Assembly (NCBI GenBank): GCA_039679675.1
Contig: JBDKUN010000033.1
Coordinates: forward strand, 64,001-128,000
Direction of reading: 5' to 3'
Source: Armatimonadota bacterium
GTDB taxonomy: Bacteria; Armatimonadota; UBA5829; DTLH01
Length of the DNA stretch: 64,000 nucleotides
Shown one piece after another: positions 57,243 through 64,000 of this stretch (position 1 is the stretch's first letter; each line of letters starts with the position of its first letter). The notes beneath the pieces were generated by a model. The model had not been told where the DNA came from. It saw nothing but the letters and a program-made list of their open reading frames with translations, and ran no database searches. Both the position numbers and the translations under genes were made by a program.

Positions 57243-59933
57243 ATGAGTCTCAGTATCTCCAATGACAGGCTCATGCAGCTTCCGCCAAGGCTGCGGTTGC
57301 GTATCCTTAATTTCTTCCTCCGCTGGCATCGATATGATGAAGCGCTTCCGGTTGCATCACGGCTTGCAGAAGAACAGGCAGACGGGCTGCTCTACCGCTC
57401 AGCGCTTGTCAAAGTCCTGGCGGGGCTCGGCAGGCTGGAAGAAGCTGAGATAGTTGCCTCTGATCTCATCGACAAGTATCCGCACCGCCCGAATGCGCTC
57501 GCGGCGGCGGGTGACCTCGAAATGGCTAAAGGTGACCTTCCGGCAGCTCTAAAATACTATCTCGAAATGCTGAAGACGAATGCAAAGAGCCCGAAAGCAT
57601 GGAGAAGGCTCGGAATGCTGTATCTGGCTGCCGGACAGCCTCAAAAAGCGCATTTTTATTGCCGTAAAATGCTCGATTTCTACAGTGAAAAGCAGAACGG
57701 CGACAATGACGAACATCAGATTCCGCCTGATGGCCTACGGACACTCGCACAGGTCCACCGGCAGAAGGGTGATGATGCTCTGGCAGCGGAAATAGAGTCG
57801 AAACTGGCTCAGCGTGAGAAAGATGAAGAAGAAAAGCTGAGGATGGATATTGAAGCCGCGCCAAGTTCTTCTTCGAAAAATGCAAAATCAGCAAAGAGTC
57901 AGAAGTTACCAGATCCAAAACCGTTTATTCATCCTGAAATCACACGCGAAATCACTGAACCGAGGATGGAGAGACCCATTCCGCCGAAACCGCAGCTTCC
58001 CGATAGTGCCATCGGCTGTCTGAAGGCTGTATTCGGACATGACCAGTTCCGTTCCGGGCAGGAGGAAGTCGTCGCCCGGATGCTCTCCGGCCAGGATATA
58101 CTCGCTGTGATGCCGACGGGTGCTGGAAAATCGCTCTGCTACCAGCTTCCGGCTGCTTTGGGAAAGAAAGTAGTCGTCATTTCTCCGCTGATCGCGCTTA
58201 TGAAGGACCAAATAGACGGCCTGCCGCCTGAACTGGCCTCCCGCGCCATATTTGTCGACAGCTCGCTCGAAAGCCATGAAATAAAACGGCGGTTGGCTGA
58301 GATAGCGAGAGGTAAATATAATCTCATATATGCCGCACCTGAGCGGCTTCGCCAAATGCCTTTCCTTCATGCGTTGAAGAAGTGCGGCATCGGCATTCTT
58401 GTGGTTGATGAGGTCCACTGCATCAGCATCTGGGGGCATGACTTCAGGCCGGACTATTTGTTCATCTCGCAGGCGCTCGGCATGATAGGAAACCTGTCAT
58501 TTTGCGGTATGACGGCGACCGCTGACACCGATATGAGGACCGAGATCGAGATTAGGATCGGAAAGCCTCTGGTCACAGTCAATGTGGGTGTCCATCGTCC
58601 CAATTTAGTGTTCGAAGTAAGAAAAACATCCAATAGCAGCGATAAGCTGAGGAGCCTCGCAAGGTTCTGCCAGGAGGAAAAGGGCAGCGGGATTATTTAT
58701 ACCAACTCGCGGAAGAAAACAGAGGAAATAGCAGCGTATCTGTGCGATGCAGGAATGCAGGCCGGATATTACCACGCTGGGATGAGGAAAGAAGAACGCG
58801 CATATGCGCAGGACTCGTTTATGTGCGGACACTACCGGGTGATGGCAGCGACGGTCGCGTTCGGTATGGGTATCGACAAGCGGGATGTCCGGTTTGTGGT
58901 GCATTACTCGCTTCCGAAATCGCTGGAGAACTACTATCAGGAGGCTGGCCGTGCGGGCAGGGACGGACTGCCTGCGAGATGCATTTTGCTCTATTCGCCC
59001 GGCGACAAGGGACGGCTGACAACCTGGATGAAAGAGTCGCTTATAAGGCTCCAGGACCTGAAAGCTGTCTATGAATCGATAAAGCTCCTTTCAGCCGGTG
59101 GAGTAGGGTTGGTACATGACGACGACCTACAGCGGGAATCGGGGCTCGATGAGACGGCTGTGCGTGTTGCGATAAGCCTTTTGGAGCGGGCGGGGCTCAT
59201 TAAACGGCACATGGATGTCCCTGTTACAGTCACAGTCAATATTAAATCCATCGAAAAAGCACCGGAAGATGTTATTGCCTTTGTGAAGTCGGCAAGGCTC
59301 AGGGTGGGGCAGAGGATGCAGCTCGATATACGGGAGCTTTCGGCTCGGACAGGCATCCCGGTTTATGAGATCGAGCCATTACTTCTTGAATGGCGCGATG
59401 GAGGTTGGCTCGCTTATAGCAGTTCCGGGCGGACGATGTGCATCGAACGCTGCAGAGTGGGGCCAGGTGCGAGAAAACTGCTGGATGAGATGATAGAGAG
59501 CTCAATTGATACTGCGAAGACGAAGATCGGGCAGTTGGCGGTGTATGTAAAACACACCGGGTGCAGGCATGGTTTCATTTCGCAGCATTTCGGGGATGAA
59601 CCTGTGGCCGGATGCCGTTCCTGTGACAACTGTCTCCAGACAGCCTCAAAAGAGCAACTGACCGACGACCACCTACTGATATTGAAAGCAGTAATGGACC
59701 TTCCTGTATTGTTGAACAAAAAGGGGCTTCTAAACGCGCTCGAAGGGGCCAAAGGTTGCCCGATACAGTCTCATGAATGGCCGCATCTCGGCGTATTCAG
59801 AGGGAGAAGCCGGGATGCAATCGAGCAGATGATAAACGAACTCACGGACTGGGGCTATTTGGAACGCGGCGGGACATTCATCCGCCCGTATTTAGCCATG
59901 ACACTCTCAGGACGGAAGTTAGTGGTCCCGTAA
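57243..59933 (+). CDS. recQ: RecQ family helicase with N-terminal TPR domain
   Basis: MPTGAGKSLCYQ, DEVHCIS.WGHDFRP, ATVAFGMGIDK, YYQEAGRAGRDG, CR..C..CDNC, RQC-like tail; TPRs in the first ~200 aa. Confidence 0.9.
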   Translation: MSLSISNDRLMQLPPRLRLRILNFFLRWHRYDEALPVASRLAEEQADGLLYRSALVKVLAGLGRLEEAEIVASDLIDKYPHRPNALAAAGDLEMAKGDLPAALKYYLEMLKTNAKSPKAWRRLGMLYLAAGQPQKAHFYCRKMLDFYSEKQNGDNDEHQIPPDGLRTLAQVHRQKGDDALAAEIESKLAQREKDEEEKLRMDIEAAPSSSSKNAKSAKSQKLPDPKPFIHPEITREITEPRMERPIPPKPQLPDSAIGCLKAVFGHDQFRSGQEEVVARMLSGQDILAVMPTGAGKSLCYQLPAALGKKVVVISPLIALMKDQIDGLPPELASRAIFVDSSLESHEIKRRLAEIARGKYNLIYAAPERLRQMPFLHALKKCGIGILVVDEVHCISIWGHDFRPDYLFISQALGMIGNLSFCGMTATADTDMRTEIEIRIGKPLVTVNVGVHRPNLVFEVRKTSNSSDKLRSLARFCQEEKGSGIIYTNSRKKTEEIAAYLCDAGMQAGYYHAGMRKEERAYAQDSFMCGHYRVMAATVAFGMGIDKRDVRFVVHYSLPKSLENYYQEAGRAGRDGLPARCILLYSPGDKGRLTTWMKESLIRLQDLKAVYESIKLLSAGGVGLVHDDDLQRESGLDETAVRVAISLLERAGLIKRHMDVPVTVTVNIKSIEKAPEDVIAFVKSARLRVGQRMQLDIRELSARTGIPVYEIEPLLLEWRDGGWLAYSSSGRTMCIERCRVGPGARKLLDEMIESSIDTAKTKIGQLAVYVKHTGCRHGFISQHFGDEPVAGCRSCDNCLQTASKEQLTDDHLLILKAVMDLPVLLNKKGLLNALEGAKGCPIQSHEWPHLGVFRGRSRDAIEQMINELTDWGYLERGGTFIRPYLAMTLSGRKLVVP

Positions 59934-60743
59934 AGCCATAACCGCAGCCATCCTGCCGGTGGAACCATCGCGGCGGTAGCTGAAGAAATCTTCTGCTTCG
60001 CAGGCGGTGCAAAGCTCTGAAACGGCGATATTGGCTTCCGGGATGCCGGACTTTCTTAGAATGAACCAGTTTGCGAGTTTTAGATCGAGCCGCATTTTGT
60101 CCTGGCAGGCCCTTGCGATTATCCTGTCGTCTCCGGCGGCGGTGAAAACTGCTTCGGCAACATCGGGGGATACATCATAGCAGCATCGCCCGATGGATGG
60201 GCCAATCGCCGCAAGGCATTCGCTCGGATTTGTCCCGAACTCCTGCTGCATAGCTTCAACAGTCTTTAGCGCAATGGAGAGCGCAGTCCCTTTCCAGCCG
60301 GCATGCGCAAGCCCAATGGCTTTTCTTATGGGGTCGAGAATGAACACCGGGACGCAGTCAGCGAAAAAGAGCGACAATACCGGACCGGGCGCATTCGTAA
60401 TAAGCGCATCGGTATTTGGAATGGAATCTTCGAATTTGGTCGCGCCTCGGCTGGCATCTTCAGCTTTGACGACCGCAACTTCTGATCTGTGAACTTGCTC
60501 GGCGCAGACAATAGCCGCTGGGTCGAGCTTGAGTGATGAACATAACCGCCGCCGGTTTTCGAGCACGGATGCCGCGTCATCCCCTACATGAAGCGCCATA
60601 TTTAGCGAATCCCTGGGCGGTGCGCTGACCCCACCATACCGTGTAGTGAAACAGTGGGCGACAAGCTCCGTCTGCTCTATATTCCACGCTTTATGAACTA
60701 CGATCTCACCGCTTACTGATCTATGCCAACTTCTGATGTCCAA
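59919..60743 (-). CDS. pgeF: YfiH/PgeF family protein (purine nucleoside phosphorylase/laccase-like)
   Basis: FTTRYGGVS, QVH, ADCVP, HAGWKG, IGPSI, CT, FFSYRR. Confidence 0.93.
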   Translation of the reverse strand: MDIRSWHRSVSGEIVVHKAWNIEQTELVAHCFTTRYGGVSAPPRDSLNMALHVGDDAASVLENRRRLCSSLKLDPAAIVCAEQVHRSEVAVVKAEDASRGATKFEDSIPNTDALITNAPGPVLSLFFADCVPVFILDPIRKAIGLAHAGWKGTALSIALKTVEAMQQEFGTNPSECLAAIGPSIGRCCYDVSPDVAEAVFTAAGDDRIIARACQDKMRLDLKLANWFILRKSGIPEANIAVSELCTACEAEDFFSYRRDGSTGRMAAVMALRDH

Positions 60744-61013
60744 TTCTGACTCCTGAACAATAGATTTTCGGCTGATTAGTTAACGGCAAACCGCATATTG
60801 TCTGTTGCCGAAAATCTTCCGGGAAGAGTTTCAGGTATAAGTGTAAAATCAACAGATAAAGCTACATCAGAGAAATATTTATATAACTGTAAGGCTGTTA
60901 CTTTATCTCCTGAAACTCTGTAACTAGACCGGATGCAGCAACAACACTGGAGTGCGCCGTAAAAATAGCCGCGCATATCAAACTACAGGTTTGAATTGGG
61001 CGCAGATATAACC

Positions 61014-61973
61014 TCAGTTTTTTGGTATATGGACTTTGCTCTCATCTTTCAAGCCGACAGTATCATGCACGATGTAAAGCGGTCGATTTCTGACATCCTC
61101 GTAAATCCGGCCAATGTACTCGCCCAGTATGCCGACGACTATGAGCTGTATGCCTGTAAAGAATGCCAGTATAACGGTCATTATACCGAGTGATGGTAGA
61201 ATAGGGTGCCTGAATAATGCCGTGACGATAGCACATAACCCCACAACAATGGAAGCCAACGTGATAAATATGCCGCCAGTTAAGATGAATCTCAATGGAG
61301 CGAACGAGAAGCTCAGAATTCCATCCAGAGCTAACTTCAGCATCTTTGACAGCGGGTATTTGGTAGAGCCTGCGAACCGCTCAGATCGAAGATATTTAAC
61401 CCCTGTCTGCTTGAACCCAACCCACGTAAACATTCCCCTGACATAACGGTTGTGTTCGCGGAGAGATTTGAATGCATCCAATGCTTTTCGGTCTACCAAA
61501 CGGAAGTCTCCTGTATCAACTGGGATATCCATTCCGGTAAACTTTCTCAGCAACCTGTAGAACATAGCAGCGGTAGTCTTTTTAAACCAGGTTTCGCCAA
61601 GGCGTTCCTTTCGCACTCCATATACAACATCACTGCCTGCTCTCCAATGTCTGGTCATCTCCAGAACGACTTCCGGCGGATCCTGCAGGTCTGCATCCAT
61701 AATTATAATAGCCTGCCCACTGGCAAAATCCATTCCTGCGCTGATAGCGACCTGGTGTCCGAAGTTGCGTGAAAACCGGATTAGCTTGAATCTTTCGTCG
61801 CTGGAGTGAATATCCGTCATTATGTCAAAGCTGCGGTCACGACTGCCGTCATCAACGAGTATTACTTCGCAATCGCCATCCAAGCGCTCCATCAGTTCCG
61901 AAAGACGCCGTGCGAGCTCAGGAAGGGTTTCCTCTTCATTGAACACTGGGATAACAAGCGAATATGTTGGCAT
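61014..61973 (-). CDS. GT2 polyprenol-phosphate glycosyltransferase (GtrB-like)
   Basis: VIPVFNEE, VDDGS, SRNFGHQ, DADLQDPP, GEYIGRIY; start moved to ATG 61973. Confidence 0.93.
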   Translation of the reverse strand: MPTYSLVIPVFNEEETLPELARRLSELMERLDGDCEVILVDDGSRDRSFDIMTDIHSSDERFKLIRFSRNFGHQVAISAGMDFASGQAIIIMDADLQDPPEVVLEMTRHWRAGSDVVYGVRKERLGETWFKKTTAAMFYRLLRKFTGMDIPVDTGDFRLVDRKALDAFKSLREHNRYVRGMFTWVGFKQTGVKYLRSERFAGSTKYPLSKMLKLALDGILSFSFAPLRFILTGGIFITLASIVVGLCAIVTALFRHPILPSLGIMTVILAFFTGIQLIVVGILGEYIGRIYEDVRNRPLYIVHDTVGLKDESKVHIPKN

Positions 61974-62007
61974 TTTATAATACCTCTTTCTCAATTTCGT
62001 ATTGCCG

Positions 62008-63426
62008 CTAGGATCCAGATTGGGGTATTCGAAATACTTGATACACACCGGAGCTATAAATGTTCCGCGCGCTATGCCCGATCAATTCAGTAGACGGGTG
62101 ATATTCCTTCTGGACTACGACCAATGTTGGATGGAATTCTGATGCAGCCTTCTTCCCGCCTGCGCTGAAATCGTCGTTTTCGAGTTCCAGAACCTTAAAA
62201 GATCTATAACCGCCTGATCGAAGAATGATGCCGTATGCCTGTAACTGGTAGTTATTAACACATAACAATCGGTCATTTTGCTTGATTTCTGTAGATAGAA
62301 ATTTGCTGACCTGCATTTCATCTGGGTTTCTATCCCGTATTGGAAGGCAGAGTTTAGAATGGCGTGAGTAATCGGCTTCTTGCATGCCTAGTGTCAGGAT
62401 AATCAGCGCTGCAGCGATCCAGGTCTGCTTTTTAGTGCATTTTGTTATGCCGTATACAGCGTACGCAGCATAGGGAAGAAGCAGTAACGCCGGAATGATC
62501 ACATATCGATCACGAGGATCCCAACCTGGGGTGGTAAATGACTTGTATGCGAGTGGCAGGAGCATTGCGATTGCCAGAGCCACCATATTGATGTTGAGGC
62601 GTCGTTTTACAGCCAGCCACATTCCGACAATGCTCGCCATAAACACAAAAGGTCCGGGATCTTTGGTAAACGATACTGCCCAGCGGTGGACGATATGAAG
62701 TATGTTAAGCGGAGTTCGTCCAGCAAGTTCACTCTTCTTAATGGTATCTATACCGGAAAGAGGATAAAGGAACCCGTATCCCGCCGTATAGTTCATAGCT
62801 CCCCACAAAACAAATGGCAATAGACCGATAACTGCGTAAGGTATTACAAACTTTCTCATCTTGCTCGAAAACAGCATCCAGATTGAGAAGATTCCGGTCA
62901 TAAGCCATGCTTCATGCCTGAATCCACCGCCTATTGCCAAAAGGAAAGCAGCCAGCAAGACTCGCCTGGCTGTTGGTTTCTTACAAAGCGATTGTTCGAG
63001 CATAATATCGGCTGCCAGGAGTGCAAAAAGCGCAAAAGGCGCCTCAGACATCGTTAATGATGACAGTGCTACGTGCATACCAAGGATGCTTAACAACAGT
63101 CCCGTAAACAATGCCACTTTGCGGCCAAACAGCCTGGTGGAGATATTATACAAAGGAATTACAGTAAGAGTGCCTGTGATAACACTGAGCAGCTTACCTG
63201 CAATTAATGGATTGCCGACTAAATAGTAAATAAGGCCGATGGAGTAGAAATGGAGTGGTAGCCATACGCCGTAGCGAAGCAAATGAGGGTGGCAGGCCCA
63301 GTCTACACTCATCAGCGCTCTGCAATCAGGGTCTCCCGGCGCATTTTGTGTAATCGCTGCTATAGTAGCGCGTATTATGCCCGCTAATGCAACCAAGAGT
63401 ATTATATCCCGTTTTCTCTCAGACAA
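62008..63426 (-). CDS. ArnT/GT39-like membrane glycosyltransferase
   Basis: Multi-TM; early DPD, WLPLHF, SE, R-HE, RY; paired with GtrB-like gene. Confidence 0.75.
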   Translation of the reverse strand: MSERKRDIILLVALAGIIRATIAAITQNAPGDPDCRALMSVDWACHPHLLRYGVWLPLHFYSIGLIYYLVGNPLIAGKLLSVITGTLTVIPLYNISTRLFGRKVALFTGLLLSILGMHVALSSLTMSEAPFALFALLAADIMLEQSLCKKPTARRVLLAAFLLAIGGGFRHEAWLMTGIFSIWMLFSSKMRKFVIPYAVIGLLPFVLWGAMNYTAGYGFLYPLSGIDTIKKSELAGRTPLNILHIVHRWAVSFTKDPGPFVFMASIVGMWLAVKRRLNINMVALAIAMLLPLAYKSFTTPGWDPRDRYVIIPALLLLPYAAYAVYGITKCTKKQTWIAAALIILTLGMQEADYSRHSKLCLPIRDRNPDEMQVSKFLSTEIKQNDRLLCVNNYQLQAYGIILRSGGYRSFKVLELENDDFSAGGKKAASEFHPTLVVVQKEYHPSTELIGHSARNIYSSGVYQVFRIPQSGS

Positions 63427-63691
63427 AATAGCCTCCTCTGATACGCTGCAATAACTGCTGTATCAATATGTAGAGCCTGTTCTATCTGTAACAGAAAGCA
63501 GGCAGGAGCACAACTAAATTTTATCTTACTATCGTACCGGTGTCAATGTATTCGCGGTGTTATACTTTCTTATACGGTCTGGCTACTTACAGATTTATGC
63601 CAACTACACAAGACTATACAAATATCTTCGATTATGATAGCTTACTACTCAATATAGTGTATTATAAATATTGCTAATTAGAATTATCGAC

Positions 63692-64000
63692 ATGATGAAG
63701 CCGGATTTAAAGGTTGAATTGACTGATCCTTTCAGATTTAAGGATGGAAGCAGGGTCTCTACCGCGGATGAATGGCCGCAGCGGAGGCTGGAAATGCTGG
63801 ATATAATCGTTGGGATCGAATACGGCGGTTTGCCGCCGGTACCGGTGTCCACTGTGGCAGAAGAGCTTCACACTCATCTGGCGGAAGACGCAAGATTTAT
63901 ATCCTGCAGGGTGATATGCGGGCCGAACTGTGCTTTCTCGTTCCCAATGCAGCTTCTCGTCCCGCCAGGCAGCGGTACATTTCCGGTTGTGCTGACCGGA
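63692..64000 (+). CDS. Partial glucuronoyl/acetylxylan esterase-like (CE15-type) protein; runs off the window and is absent from the ORF track
   Basis: MMKPDLKVELTDPFRFKDGSRVSTADEWPQRRLEM..EYGGLPP..P.GSGTFPVVLTG, open to the edge. Confidence 0.6.
   Translation, partial: MMKPDLKVELTDPFRFKDGSRVSTADEWPQRRLEMLDIIVGIEYGGLPPVPVSTVAEELHTHLAEDARFISCRVICGPNCAFSFPMQLLVPPGSGTFPVVLTG

Noticed and set aside
1..64000. Prophage, integrase or autonomous IS
   Set aside because: No transposase, integrase or phage structural motifs were recognised in any ORF.

Overview
64 kb of gene-dense chromosome from a diderm, probably anaerobic or facultative bacterium. The lptCAB-lptF/G-DUF3084-YqgF operon, a PEP-CTERM protein and a GAAC-N4-GTTC LexA box suggest Armatimonadota; this is an inference. 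Most of the window is housekeeping or metabolic: two alr paralogs, serC, tldD-tldE-tldD, an SOS-boxed dinB, pterin genes, ispE, two-subunit fumarase, sdhCDAB, an ABC exporter, TPR-RecQ, pgeF and glycosyltransferases. The standout is a ~12.5 kb minus-strand selenium/redox locus (26984-39596). It has selA, selB and a three-domain SelD (Cys-rich N-terminus, SelD core, AhpD/CMD domain). Upstream are two ORFs the ORF track ends at TGA but which look like unannotated selenoproteins. One is a membrane-anchored protein ending C-P-T-U-L; the other is an exported protein with Y-G-U-G-G-T-C. Each has a SECIS-like hairpin 14-15 nt after the UGA, and they flank a membrane 4Fe-4S protein. Downstream are a CCC-motif methyltransferase, three double-cubane/2-hydroxyacyl-CoA dehydratase-family proteins and their ATP-dependent activase. 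Also seen: a ferritin-like protein with an encapsulin targeting peptide but no shell gene nearby, an AT-rich HEPN-motif gene, and several palindromic intergenic repeat families with compensatory base changes. No rRNA, tRNA (including selC), CRISPR array or transposase was recognised. All calls are by eye from motifs; no database search was run.
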